Of a DNA stretch of 64,000 nucleotides, positions 24,013 through 36,976 are shown one piece after another. The position numbers and the translations under genes were made by a program. The DNA is from Rhizodiscina lignyota. Its lineage: Eukaryota. Location of the stretch: contig ML978122.1 of assembly GCA_010015805.1 (NCBI GenBank), positions 654,453-718,452 of the forward strand, given 5' to 3'. Position 1 is the first letter of the stretch. Each line of letters opens with the position of its first letter. Under the pieces are notes generated by a model. That model was not told where the DNA came from and made no database searches. It saw only the letters and a list, made by a program, of their open reading frames with translations.

Positions 24013-25942
24013 ATGCCAGCCCTGCAGAATGAAGATGCTGCTGAGATAGCCAAAGCAGAAGTCCCAGGCACTGTGGCTACAGGCAGAATGAGGGAGGGCA
24101 GCCTTGGAAAAGGTGACTCTCTTGCCTACTACGATTTTCCGGACGAGAACACAGGCCGAGAAGAGATATCCGACGAGGATCTACGGAGCTTACGTCGAGT
24201 CTCCGGAAAGATAACGTGGATCGCTTTCACGATTGCATTCGTCGAGCTCTGCGAGAGGTTCTCCTACTACGGCACAACTGTCGTCTTCGTCAACTTTATT
24301 CAACAGCCACTCCCTCAGGGTTCGACAACAGGCGCGGGCCACGACGGGCAATCCGGAGCACTGGACATGGGCCAGAGAGCTTCTGCTGGTTTGACCACCT
24401 TCAACCAATTCTGGGCATACATCACACCACTCTTTGGAGCCTATATTGCCGATGCCCGGCTGGGACGATACAAGACCATCCATGTGGCAATTGGTGTTGC
24501 TATCATCGGCCATGTCGTGCTGACTGCTTCGGCTGCTCCGAGCGTGATCGCGCACCCAAACTCCTCTATTGCGGCGTTCGCGGTCGGACTGGTCATATTC
24601 GGAATTGGTACCGGCCTATTTAAATCCAACATATCTCCACTGCTGGCGGAGCAGCAAGTCGATACCCAGATGCAGGTGCGGACGAGGTCGAAGGGCGAAC
24701 GTGTGCTCGTTGATCCCGCTGTCACGAACTCAAGGATCTTTCTTTACTTTTATATGTGCATCAATGTCGGATCCTTGACTGGTCAGATCGGTATGGTGTA
24801 TGCGGAGAAATATGTCGGCTTCTACCTCGCATTCCTTCTGCCCACTGTGCTGTTTTTTATCGCACCTGTGGTACTTGCAGTCTTCAAAAAGCGCTACCAA
24901 CTCACACCGCCAACCGGCTCTGTCTTGTCGAAGTTCTTCCAGATGTGGACTGCTGCGATGAAGGGTAAATGGTCGTTCAACTTTTCCAAGATGAAGAGGG
25001 AGTTCTCGTGGGATACTGTCCGGCCGTCCAAGATCACACTGTCTGAACGTCCGCCTTGGATGACATACGACGACGCTTGGGTTGATGAAGTCCGACGAGG
25101 ACTGAAGGCCTGCAAAGTCTTCCTCTTCCTGCCGCTCTACTGGCTAGCATACGGACAAATGACTGCAAATCTGACATCTCAGGCCGCGTAAGTACCAAAC
25201 ACTGCGTCAGACCGGTGGCTCCACTGACTCGAGCAGCACCATGAATCTCCATGGCGCACCCAACGACATAATCCAAAACCTCAACCCCATCTCCATCGTC
25301 ATCATGATCCCCATCTTCGACTTCTTCATCTACCCCGCCCTGCGCAAAGCGCACATCCGCTTCACCCCCATCAAGCGCATGGCGTGCGGCTTCTTCTGCG
25401 CCAGCCTGGCCATGGTAGCCGCGACCGTCACGCAGCACTACATCTACAAGCTGTCGCCGTGCGGATACGAGGCCGCGACCTGCCGAGACGAGGACGACAA
25501 CGTGCTGTTTGCGGACATCAATGTGTGGGTGCAGGCCGTGCCGTATATCTTGATTGGGATTTCGGAGATCTTCACGTCTATTACGGGGCTGGAGTATGCG
25601 TTCAGCAAGGCGCCGACGAATATGAGATCGCTCGTTATGGCGGTGAATTTGGTCATGAATGCTTTCTCGTCAGCTATTGCGCAGGCGCTTGTTGTTCTTG
25701 CCAACGATCCGCTCCTTGTGTGGAATTACGGCGTGGTCGCTGTGATCGCGTTTGTCGGAGGGGTGCTGTTCTGGCTGTGCTTCGCGAAGCTGGATAGCGA
25801 TGAGGACAAATGGAATATGATCCAAGAAAGCTCGTATAGGGGTCGGAAGGGGAGTGTTACTGTAGTCGATGATTATGCTAGGGAGGCGGGTGTGATGGAT
25901 ACGTCGTCCAAAGGGGACAGCGTGGAAGAGGTTAAGGTCTGA
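24013..25942 (+). CDS. ptr2: POT/PTR family di/tripeptide transporter; 2 exons
   Basis: ExxERFSYYG (ELCERFSYYG), GAYIADARLGRYKTI, GTGLFKSN, FYMCINVGS and GLEYAFSKAPTNMRS. Intron ~25188..25236. Confidence 0.95.
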
Positions 25943-26675
25943 GTTGAACGATCAAGTACAGTAACAAATCAAGTAATGCCTAAGTCCGCAGCCTTTGAGG
26001 AGAGTTAATACCATATTGAACTGCACGAAATCAACCGTTTTCTCCGTCGAAAGAGTATACTCCTACCATTTGCGGCATACGGTATGGTTTTGGACTTATT
26101 ATTCTCGATTTCTTCTTCGGTATTGCGTCCGCTTTATCTTGCCTCTTTATCAATCTTGACTAACTCAATCTTTCCTGTAGCCCTCCTAGTCATGTACACT
26201 GCCTTTAGCGTTATTCGGGGTCCGCTCGACGGACTTGGCGACTTTATACGAGCTCTGAAAAACAGATATCGTGTGTTTGGGCTTCTATAAGACCCTGTAA
26301 AGCGTGTATTTACCCATAATATCGCGCGGTAGCAGATGGTGGAGCGGTACTAAGCTGACTCATGCCATTGCGACAGGTTTCTGGATTTGTTACCACGGGT
26401 TATGGAGGTTGGAGAGGACCAGTCGTGATCGCGCAGTGAAAGAAGATTTAGGCCCGGAGGGACCAGATCCCACGCGGGAGACGTTTGAAAGAGGTTGTAT
26501 ATACGGAAATTCGGAGGGGCAATGAACATTTATATACGCGTGTGGCAAGGCCGTGCTCCTTAGCGCAATACGCCCTGACGTTGCTCTCAAAGCGACCAAC
26601 AAGACAGCATACATATCCCAGCTACCATGAAAAGCTTTTCCTCACATAGACGGCAACATGATATATCCAAGCGAA

Positions 26676-27713
26676 CTAACTCTCAAAGCTCCGCGCCCCA
26701 ACAGCCAACACGACGACCAGACTCGTCACGATCAGCGCGCCCGTAACCAGCGACACCAGCACGACGCTGCCGCGACTCGCGGGGAATTTCCCCTTGATCA
26801 CGTAGTGCTGGCTCTCGAAGTAGCGGTGGAAGCCGATGAACAGGACTACGATGCTGACGGCCACGAAGGTGGCGCCGAGCGGCTTGCCGACGGCCTTGAG
26901 CCTGTTGTGCGCGTTGACGAGCGCCGGATCGTTCGAGGCGATTGAGGTGTTGAGACGGAAGAGCTGTGTGACTGCGATGCCGATCGAGGCGAAGGAGAGG
27001 GAGGTGCGGAGCCAGGCTAGGAATGTTCGTTCTACACTGATATGTCAGTTCAGATCTTGGAATATCAGATTGTACGAAGACGAGCCGTCTAAGGACCCAA
27101 TTGAACAGCATAGGAACGAGAATGGTATACCAAGCGCCAAATGATCCCTCGCAACGCTCCCCTTATTCTCCAGCTCCACACTGCCATACTTCTCCACCAC
27201 CTTCCTCCACCACCCATTTCGCACCCTCTCCCCAGCCTCCGGCTGGCCGTCCTGGCCTCCCGTCCGACCCTCTCTACTCCTATCCTTCTGCTTCCGCTGT
27301 CTCTGCTCTTGCGACCCGCCCAATGCCCCTATTCCCGTAACCTTCGTACCGACATTCGCATCCCTAGCCGCTACCCCTTCCGTACTCGCACCAGCTCCAA
27401 GTGCAGCAGTGTTATAATCCCTCCTCCCACCACGCTCTGCCCCGACAATGGCAGTCGTCTCATCCGCGCTGGCCTCATCGCCATCTACCTCCTCCCGCGG
27501 CATGTCGTCTTTCCTCGATCGTACAGACGGCGGCGGTGAAGTGAACGACACGGTCTTCCTAGGCTTCGGGAGAGCTTCTTCAACGGCTGCGTCCTCAATT
27601 GGATCAACTGGGGGTTCAATTGTCTCCGGGCTCTGACTTAAAGTTCCAGGGCCAAGAGCGGGATCTATATCATCTCCCACCGACGCGCCATTCCGGCGCT
27701 CTCTTGACGCCAT
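26676..27713 (-). CDS. DUF202 (YidH/Vtc1-like) membrane protein with a disordered N-terminus; 2 exons
   Basis: [47 protein letters not shown] across intron 27032..27130, followed by 3 TM helices. Confidence 0.9.
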
Positions 27714-28380
27714 CAGCGCCAGATATCACACTGGCGGTCGGCCGATGCATGCGGTTCGCGGGGTCCGGCGCCTTCGGGGAGTGGGCCTGCATGGTTGTTC
27801 CTGATTAGAGTGCGATCTGGCTCGGAAAGACTGCATAGATAGGCGAAGGTATCTTACCTAGTTTATGGGTGCTGCATCACTGCGTGATTCGGGCGGGGAG
27901 TGACGTGCTCTGGCTGTGGCTGGATTCGGAACTGAGTCGACAAGGCGGCGGGAATGTGGGGCGCACGCGAACATCGCATGGCAGCGAGATAAAAAGCTCC
28001 CATGTACAAGAAAAACAAGACGGAAGTTTGAAGATATTTCATTTTGGTTCACTGTTCAATGGCATACTCAGATTAAGAGTGCCTAGATAAGTAAGTATAT
28101 ACAGCAAATAGCAAAAGCTAAGTACAGTGAACCGAAAGAGTCGAGTCACATCGCAGTAAAGTCCTGTCCACATCAAGGTATCAATCATCAACCCAAACTC
28201 CTACTCCGCAGAGTACAACCCCAAATGCTATGCTGGCCGGTAGCGACGGCTTTTCGAAAATTCCATAAACAAGGCCACCCACCGAAGAGATGTCGAGAGC
28301 CACGGGGTCGAAAGATCCGTTCGACTTCATCATCCCATCTCAGGAGACCGAAAAACTCATTGCACATCATCATCCATATC

Positions 28381-31332
28381 TCAATCCTCCGAACTACCAT
28401 ACCCACTCTCCTTTTCCCCCTCATCCTCCTCCCTAATCCCCACAAGCGTCTTCTTCAGCGCAAGACACCTCTCGCCCACCTTGCCCCTCGTCGCCTTGCC
28501 CAAGCGGAAATTCCTGCCCTCCTCGCGCCCAATGCACAACCTCAAGCTCCCCGCCAATTTCTCCGCGGTCCGCTGCGTAGCGCCATTACTCGACGAGAGG
28601 ATATCCCGCTCGGCAAGAACATTAAGCACCTTGTACGCCGCGACAAAGCTGAGTAACGTCCACGGCGCGGCAATGATCTGCGGGGAGTTGATGACTGCGA
28701 CGGCCTTGGAGCGAGCCTCTTGTTGGACATTCGAATCGTCGGCCTTGAATTGCAGGAGGGAGAGGCACTTGGCCAGGGTGAGAGCGACGGTGATGTCGCC
28801 GGCTACAGGCATCGCGCTGACCTCGTTCTCAAGCAGGCTCTTCTGCTGTCCTGGGAGTGGCACAGCAGCTAGCGCGGCGGCGATGTGGTCGCTTCGATTC
28901 TTGTCGAGGAGCACGGCTCTTGCTACCAGAGCACGGGTGTAGGTCATGGAGGCGGGTGGGGCAATCTTAACAGCCGACTCCACCTCCTCGACGATAGAAG
29001 TGGATGGGGATGCAGAGGTAGTGCTGAGCGAGCTGGTCAGCGCCTTCTTGAGCGTGTGGCTCGACCACCAAGCCGCCAGCGCGTCAAGCGGACTAGCAAT
29101 GCCAAAGTCCTCGACAACGCCATCCATGTTCTCATCCGGTTGGGTATGCTCTCCACTAGGCTTGTTCCATGCAAGGTTGTAGGCACGCTGGACGATGCAG
29201 TCCTTCAGGACCTCATCGCATTCCAGCTTGAGCAACGCAGCGAGATGGTCAGGCAGCTGCTCAATCTGCTCATCCGGATCGGTTGACGAGACCTTGACCC
29301 GCGACCTGGAGCCGCTCTGCACATTCAGCAGATACTCTGTGCGTGCGGCATTCCAGTACTTGCGCGATAACTTGGCGCACAGCTCGTCGAACATGTACCA
29401 CGTGCCATACCCAGCCTTAGCGACCTCCCAGAGCAAGACACGGATGTGCATTGCCTTGAGCATGAGGCGTGCCGGCGTATCAGGCAAGGTACCCGAGGCC
29501 ATGAGCGTGAGGATGAGGCGACTGATGCTGATTTCGGCATCGCCACCCGTAAGCTGCGCGTCTAGCGCAATCTTCCATGCCTTGACACGGCCTTCCTCCT
29601 GTTCTTTCGTTACCCCAGTTAGGAAAGCGTAGCCGCGCCATCCGATCAGGCGCCGGGTGCTCAGTTTAAGAGTCTTGAGAGCCAGGGCGGCAAGTTCGTA
29701 GAAGAAGTTGTGGTGGGGGACCCAGACTGTTTGGATCGCGGTAAGCCATGCCTTTTGGCGGACTTCGATCGGAGATGCTAGTGAAGGAATAGGTGATAGC
29801 CGAACGGAAGAAATGGCCTTCTTTTTGCTCTTCGGCTTGAAGTCGAAAAGAGGGTAGATGAGATAGATGACCGCCGCGAGAAGAAGGAAGACCTTGAGCA
29901 ATTGAAGCATATTCATGCTTGAACCGTACGGCGCATTGTAGCTGCCCATTGCGGAAGCCGGGCGGCGGAGGAGATGGACGGGGAGGGAAAAGAGTCCGCG
30001 AGCGCCCGTCTTCTCGCCCGAGTCCTCTCGTTCACTAAGCCCCTCCAAAATCATCAACCCTGCCAATGCACCTACCATGAATTTGTTGAACGGCTGTCCT
30101 CCGCGGACTTGGACCATTGGCGGACCATTGACTTGACCTCTTGGTGCGCTTGTATACGATGGATAAGCACGTGCGTAATGTGGTTGGTTTGCCCCGGAAG
30201 CGTGCAAATTCATCATGCTCTCTGGCACCGGTATCATGCCTTGAGGCGGGATATGTCCGGGAGTGCTCGGAGCGCCACTGGCGAATGGATCCTCTTGATA
30301 TTGATTTCCATCAGGTGTAGCGACGGCATTGTTGAATGGTACAGTGGCGGAGAGCGCGACTTTCTTATACTTCTCCATCTCTGCTTTCATGGCTTTCATT
30401 TCGTCGCTCAGTATCTTGTTTCTCTTTTCGAGATGCTTGATGTATTCTGTCGCTTTTGAAAGCACGGTCGCCTTGTTCGTCTTGTGGGCAGGTGCAAGAC
30501 CATCAAGGTCCTCGTCATCGTCGTCATCGAAGCCGGTTGATGACATCCGCTTCAGACTGGGAACACTGTTTTTGAGCTCCTCAATCTTGTCATTGAGCTT
30601 CGTCCGGTAACGCTTCTCAATCATATTGTGGGCAGTCTTCTTCACCGGCTGATGCTTCGCGTTCTTCCTGCCCACCTTCTCGCCGCCTTCGTTGCCGATG
30701 TCAGCCGACTTCCGCTTCCTCGCGTTGACTGGCGGAGGTTCTGGAGATGAGTTTGACGAAGGCGGCGTGATTTGATGGTCGGTGATGGACGTAGGTGTAC
30801 GGTCCATGCTGGAGCGGCTTGAAGATGAAGACGGAGGTTGTGGCATGCTCGTGTCGACCTTGAGCGCTGATGGTGAGATGAGTGCCGACTCGGCATTCTC
30901 GACGGGACTCGGTTGCTGCCAGATTTGTGTGATTTCAACCGGCTTCGTCATCGGCGTCATATCAGGCGCAGTCGTGAGCGCATTGAACTCGAAGTCGAAG
31001 GCATTCATGCCTCTCGCGTCCTCTCCGAAGGTGAATGCCGCCGTCCCGTCATCTGACGCCGGAGCGGTGGTGAAGACTTGGTCGATTGACAATTGATTCA
31101 TTTGAGGTTTGTTCCTTCGATTGTGCAGTGTCTGGCCATTTGCAGTTGCCACTTCGGTGCCCATGGACTGTGGCGATTGCGACGGATCCCACCGCATGAA
31201 GTCAGTCCAATTCTCCTGTGAAGCGGAATCTTGGGCGTTGAACGCGAAACCCTCCGACTGGCGAGCAGCATTCCAGGCACCGCTTCCTTCGGGAGTGTAG
31301 GTGTAGTAGTTGTGCAGCGGCGGGTCGTCCAT
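28381..31332 (-). CDS. srbA: Sterol regulatory element-binding protein (bHLH-Zip SREBP, SrbA/Sre1 type)
   Basis: 983-aa single ORF. The bHLH KKTAHNMIEKRYRTKLNDKI carries the SREBP-specific Tyr. It also has KATVLSKATEYI, two TM segments and the DUF2014-type region RQKAWLTAIQTVWVP..LDAQLTGGD. Confidence 0.93.
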   Translation of the reverse strand: MDDPPLHNYYTYTPEGSGAWNAARQSEGFAFNAQDSASQENWTDFMRWDPSQSPQSMGTEVATANGQTLHNRRNKPQMNQLSIDQVFTTAPASDDGTAAFTFGEDARGMNAFDFEFNALTTAPDMTPMTKPVEITQIWQQPSPVENAESALISPSALKVDTSMPQPPSSSSSRSSMDRTPTSITDHQITPPSSNSSPEPPPVNARKRKSADIGNEGGEKVGRKNAKHQPVKKTAHNMIEKRYRTKLNDKIEELKNSVPSLKRMSSTGFDDDDDEDLDGLAPAHKTNKATVLSKATEYIKHLEKRNKILSDEMKAMKAEMEKYKKVALSATVPFNNAVATPDGNQYQEDPFASGAPSTPGHIPPQGMIPVPESMMNLHASGANQPHYARAYPSYTSAPRGQVNGPPMVQVRGGQPFNKFMVGALAGLMILEGLSEREDSGEKTGARGLFSLPVHLLRRPASAMGSYNAPYGSSMNMLQLLKVFLLLAAVIYLIYPLFDFKPKSKKKAISSVRLSPIPSLASPIEVRQKAWLTAIQTVWVPHHNFFYELAALALKTLKLSTRRLIGWRGYAFLTGVTKEQEEGRVKAWKIALDAQLTGGDAEISISRLILTLMASGTLPDTPARLMLKAMHIRVLLWEVAKAGYGTWYMFDELCAKLSRKYWNAARTEYLLNVQSGSRSRVKVSSTDPDEQIEQLPDHLAALLKLECDEVLKDCIVQRAYNLAWNKPSGEHTQPDENMDGVVEDFGIASPLDALAAWWSSHTLKKALTSSLSTTSASPSTSIVEEVESAVKIAPPASMTYTRALVARAVLLDKNRSDHIAAALAAVPLPGQQKSLLENEVSAMPVAGDITVALTLAKCLSLLQFKADDSNVQQEARSKAVAVINSPQIIAAPWTLLSFVAAYKVLNVLAERDILSSSNGATQRTAEKLAGSLRLCIGREEGRNFRLGKATRGKVGERCLALKKTLVGIREEDEGEKESGYGSSED

Positions 31333-34300
31333 GCTGATGGATTTCCTTGAGGTGATCGCTTCAATTCGCTCCTGGCCTGGGCTTCTGGTTGTTTTGAGGA
31401 TCAGGTGAGAAATGAGGTGATAAGTGAAGGTGTGTGGGAGGAGGGCTGGGGTTTCTCCTGGTCAGTACATGGGTTAGCGGCAAATGAACCGGGACGAGTC
31501 GCGGAGACAAAGCACGCACGAGAGACTCGAGCCGCTCGCCGAGCCACGTGTGCTGAAGCGAGCCCAGCTCGATAATACTCTGGTTTGAAGATTGAATTGA
31601 CGGAAAGATTGTAGAGCAAGACCGGAGTGGTTTCCGGAGGATCGATCGTGGTTGTTTCTCGCCCGACTATTCTATAATCTGAGGCAGGATAAAAGTCGCC
31701 AGTAGGCTATTGCAGTAGTAAGGGTACGGAGGCACGTCAGACGAGTGAACGAGCACGTCTCATTCGGTCGGCGCTGGCTCCTGGCATTGATTGCTGCGAG
31801 GGGTTTGAGGAGGAGGCTAACTCAGCTGGCAGAGGCGGACGCTGACGACTTTTGATATCACACCATTTTTACGGATCAGGCTTAGCGCTGCCTCGGCTTC
31901 CGCACGCGCGACGCTAGGCTCGATCGATACGCCCCCAGTCGAGGCAGTCGACCACTGAGGCTCCGCACACAGCCTCAGCGAAAGACGTGGAGAACTCCAG
32001 TCCCGAAGCAAAGTCGCCACGATCAGATGCAGATGCGCAATCAAGTGCAGGCTGCATTCTGAGAGTCTGCGGAGTTACGAGATCGGATGTGCTTGGTCCA
32101 GACGTCAGGAGGCGGCGAAGTGGATAGATGCAGACCGACACGAGGCGAGCACAGTACGACGCCGAAGAGCTCCACTACAGGAGTTCGCAGAATCTCCAGA
32201 ATCCGATGGACGCGATCATGGTCTTATAATGGAGCACATAAGGACAAGGAAAGGTCGGTGGGTTGTCGTCACAAGGCAAACACAATCTCGGCTCGCATAT
32301 CATTGTTGCGCTCTGTGTAGCGTCGATTATGCTTCAGCAGCGCCATCACCATCATTCGCACAGTGTCGCGCAGCTAGAGCTTTGAGCGACATAAACCATG
32401 AGGTACGGTAGGTAACTTTGAGGTGGTGATACGAGACGTGCAGAGTAATTGGAGATATGAAGATCACCGATAATCGCCAGGTTGGTGCCCAGTTTGAATG
32501 CTTGTCGGACATCAAACCCTTGAAGGTACCAGGATGTACGTATTCGTTAAAGCAATCAATCTACGATCCGACTTCATCGCGGTGGGAATAATCGGGGATA
32601 TGTTTGGTTAGTATGAAGCAGGGCAGCTCGATTTGGGCATTTGTCATTATTCTTCAAGAACTGCGAACTGTTCGCCTGTTTCATCGGCCAATCGCCGTGT
32701 TTAAACTTTCTGTGCAGGCCGGGACTGGTGTACTTGTAAACGAGAAGCAGAATCCCTTCCAGGTCCACAGATGAGGCTGTGGCATGAACTTGATCGTTCG
32801 CAACTTGCAAGAGGCGCGTTGCTGCCCAAGGAGGTATAAGTTTCGGATCCATGTCCTGCATGAGTTCGCCGGCTTGGTTCCCCGGCAGGAGCTCCCATGT
32901 CGATATGATTCGGAAGAATGGGTCCTGCGATCATATTCCTTCTTCGTCGCCCAGATGAGGTTAGTGAGTCAGGTACACAGGGACGAATTAGTTTGTACGC
33001 GACGATCGCATCCCCGGAAATATGTATCGTCTAGCGCAGAGTCGATGGACACTGGGAGCTCTGTGCGACAGACCTTTGGCTTTTGCGGCCTGAGCTCGTC
33101 TTACTGTGAAGCGCACCTCTCACATCGACACCTCTGCAGGCGCGGGAAAGGCTGTCCTTTCCTGGAACGCCCGTCGGGAGGGTGAGGCTTTGAGAACAGC
33201 CCGATCACATCGTCGGCACGGCGTCGAAGAGACTCTTTTGGGTTCGGGACCCTCTCCTGAGTTTATAAGGGGGTTCGAAGCGGAAGAAGGATCCGACAGT
33301 GGTCCCCAAGCTTTCTCCGGGCGGCATTGAATTCGCACAATAAATGCTATGCTGAGGAACGGAGCACAAGGTGCACCCCATATGCGTCTCGAGCGCTGCC
33401 CAAGAACATGGGAGATCCCTCGCAAAATCTCCGCCAAAAGCAGATCCTCGTCCAGATGGAGCGTAGCCAAATCTAGCCGGCAATCGATTATTTGCAGGAA
33501 CGCGTTCGACCATCTCTGCTACCCGCGCGCGAACTGCACGTCAGAAGAGAGTGTGGAGGGCGGGTGTGACATGAGGACAGGACGGGAGCGTCTGGCACTG
33601 CTCGAACTTGTTTCCCCCACCAGAAGCAGCGGGAGGGGAAAGAAGGGCGGGAGAGGCTAGTGTAGATGTTCCTGAATCTGATACTGCCGACGCTCCCCTA
33701 TGCCCTTCTTGAGGACGTCTGCCCTAATGGGATCAAGGGAGGCGTGCCGAGCGAAGCCCTAGATCGCGAGTGAGGAAGTGATTCCGACGCGTGGGCAGAG
33801 GCTCCAACGGAGATGGAAGACCTTGCTCGGCGCCTTGCACATCACACTCTTTTGACAGGACCCTTTAATTTCCATGATCACGCCTCACGGGCATGGGTGC
33901 AATACGCACATGGTTCGTCTCGACAAAGTCCCGCGAAGCTCGCAGCAGAGCGATGGCAGCTTCTCTGGGCTGTTCTCGTTGCACGCCGCAGTATCGGCGC
34001 TGCCGCAAGCCGCTCAAGGCGTTGATAGCACGGCCAGCCTGCCAGCCAGGAGGGTTTCTATGTATGGCACACGGACGTCGCGCGGCAGCAGGCATCCGCG
34101 AGCGCAACGGCGTGCTGATCGGGGGCCGATCGCGACAGGGCCTGCCGGCCGTCTGGTTGGATTGTCGTGTCTGTTCCAGTTCGAGCGGGCAGAGATTTCA
34201 CGTTTAGATTTATTGCCCTTTGCGTGTGAGGGTCAGCGATCAGATGCCCGCTTCTGCTAGCCCATCGCCCGGTGCTTTATTGGCCTGCATGCCCGCTCCG

Positions 34301-36976
34301 CGGCGATTCGGGCAAGGCGCTGGCTAGCGTGCGTTGACAGCTGCACTCGCGCCCACAACCATGTCTGGCGGCACGTGGAGCGCGAAATGCTCTGTTAGTC
34401 CACACTCCAGGACAGCCATTTTCTGGAAGCACCAAGTCTTGCCGAGTGAGCAGGCGCTTCCCGGCCTATACTTGGCCTCCCTGTCAGACGTCCGCTCTGC
34501 TGCCTGTGACGATGGCGCCACAACGGCGGGCGCTGCGCTGCGGCATCTGCTCGCGAGGTGTGCAGCTGCTCTTTCCCCGACGACACTCGGCGTGGAGCAG
34601 CAGTGAGTAGTGACGCTGGAGCAGCGCTGAAGCAGCACCGGCCGCGCGTATCTGCCCTGCTTCTGCCACTCTGCCTCCGTGATCCACGCAAGGAAGGCTA
34701 AACAGCCGGGAGCGGGTGTGTAAGATGGAGCGATGCGGCAGTGTTGCTGTATCTCTGATCTGGGAAGCACCCAGGGCCTCCCCGGCACGATTTCGTGCAA
34801 CGCAGCCGGGTTGGAGAGGAGCTACCGTTGTACTAATCCTCTCACCCTGCGCCGAGTGGCGTGATGTCGATGAGGCCGCTGCAGGAGGCATCGACGGCCC
34901 AGCGGCAGCATCGCGCGCTTTCCCGTGTGCACGCCGCACCGACCAGTTCCACGTCCATGGCAGGAGAAAAAGCAGCACAGCAGCGCGCGAATGCGTTTGA
35001 TCACCCAATCCTCCGCCCGCCGCGTGGGCGACTCGAGTGTTGACAGCGACGCGGCGAATGGCACGCCCGCACGCAGCACATTTCCTGCTTCCCCATTCAC
35101 CACTCATGCGCCACGCAGCGGATTGGCGATCTCACGAATCTCGCGCTACCTCCACGCACTGACGCGGGATAGGCGCGGTTATTGGACGCATCGGGCAGCG
35201 TGTGCTGGAGGAAAATAAGGTTAGGGCCAGCGAGTGCCGCATCTCGCAGCGCAATTTCGAGGGCAGAGACAAGGGCCCAGGCAGTTAGGGCTCCGATGCA
35301 TCCAGCGCGAAACGCCGGCTGGGGAGCGGCGGAGTGTTTTCCTGCGTCCAGCGTGTGCCGCGCGAGATCTCGGAATGGATCCTGCGATCTGAAGGCCATC
35401 TCCTTCGGCCGCGGTTCGTAGGATTCTGGCCTCAACGGCACGCTAGCCTGTACACCCACCCGCTCGCTCGGGCGGCGCGCAAGATCCATCGCATCGCAGT
35501 CGCAGCCGTTGAATTCGCACCGGCAAAGCTAAGCTGAAAGCTGCCAGCCGCCTCGTGGCAGCGACACCGAAGCTCCACCTCCGCCGTTGACTCGTCGGCC
35601 AGCATCCGCCGCGACCAGCACGCCGGATCGTGTGTGCAAGACGACGATGCTCCGGACATGCCCATCCTGCAGCAGCAGCAGCACATACTTTTTCCCATCC
35701 CGCCCAGCATTCGCCTCCACTCGTGCTGCCATGCGCTGCTAATCAGCATCAGCACCACCCACCACCCTCCCCCAGCGCCAGGCCTGTCTGCCGCCCAGGC
35801 CCGATGCAGTATCGGCGCGCTGATCGTGCCCGCTCGATGCTCTCCTTTGCCCTTTACCCAGCAGCTGCTCCGTACTTCAACGCCGTTGCTTTGGGTGCTT
35901 GCATGCGCCCAGTGGGACGGCCATCACATTCCCCGCTGCACAATCCTGATCCTGCCAAGGGGTGCCCGTTACTGTGAGGTTAGTCAGTGTGAGCGAGCAG
36001 AGCAGCAGAGTCAGTGGCAGTCGAGAGCACTCGCCGTCTGCTCGCTTGTAACTTGTGCCCAATTCTGCTCCTCTCCACGCCACCTCCTGCGCGCGCCCGT
36101 GACTTTTGCATGTCACTCACAACTTGTGACATGACTTTTCCCATGCCCTCTCACTGTGCGCGCAACGCACCAGCCCACTCGAACCCGGGCTGCCTCAAAG
36201 CCTGCTGCGTGGGTGTGCTCACGCCAGCGAGTCCCGGTTCGCAAGGGAATCTCACTGATCCCTGGCGCTGCCAACCTGGGTGCTCCCTGTCCTCGTTAGG
36301 GCCATCTCCGATCTATCTCATCTTCAACCCGCAGGCCCATCCTCGTTCACTCTGTCATTCCCTTTCCGCGACTACTGCCGCCGCGGTGCTGTGCAGAGCT
36401 GCCACTCTCGACACTCCATCCTTCCTGCAATCCCTCCGCTCGACTTTTCACAGCACTGCTCTACCTCGACCTCTCCTGACCTGCCGAAGACCTCTCCACT
36501 GGCCGTCGTACCACAATCACCCGCTGCCACCGCCGTCATTCGATCCTTCCCATAATCCGCCTTCTCCACCACGCCTCGGCGCAATTCTACCATCACCCGA
36601 CCCAATTGACGATCCCTAGATTTGCCCCTACCTCACACTCGGCCCGTTGCGAAGACTCAACCACATCTCAAGCGCACCAGCTTGCAGCTTACACATCTGC
36701 TTTCACTGCGACATACCTCCTGCCGTCGCATGTGCGGAAAACTTGGAGCCCCCGGAAACTGAACAACATCCGATCAATTTTGCCACACCAAAATTTCCCG
36801 TGGCGCCAGGATTGGAAGACGTGGGACAGATTCATCTTTGGGACAGCGCAGCGTCCGGAGACGGCGCAGATTGGACGGAAAGCTACAGCGGGCCGCGGGA
36901 AGAGGAGGCTGTACCTGACGAACGTTCGCTCCCTAGAATCAACTACAGCCTATAGACCAGTGCGCAGTCAATCGCA

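Noticed and set aside
26000..26620. Possible relic ORF between ptr2 and the DUF202 gene
   Set aside because: Only a short charged stretch with stops; insufficient evidence.
33100..36960. Many 60-200 aa ORFs on both strands between srbA and nsdD
   Set aside because: They are R/A/S/P/C-rich, overlap in all frames and have no motifs, as expected from GC-rich non-coding DNA.
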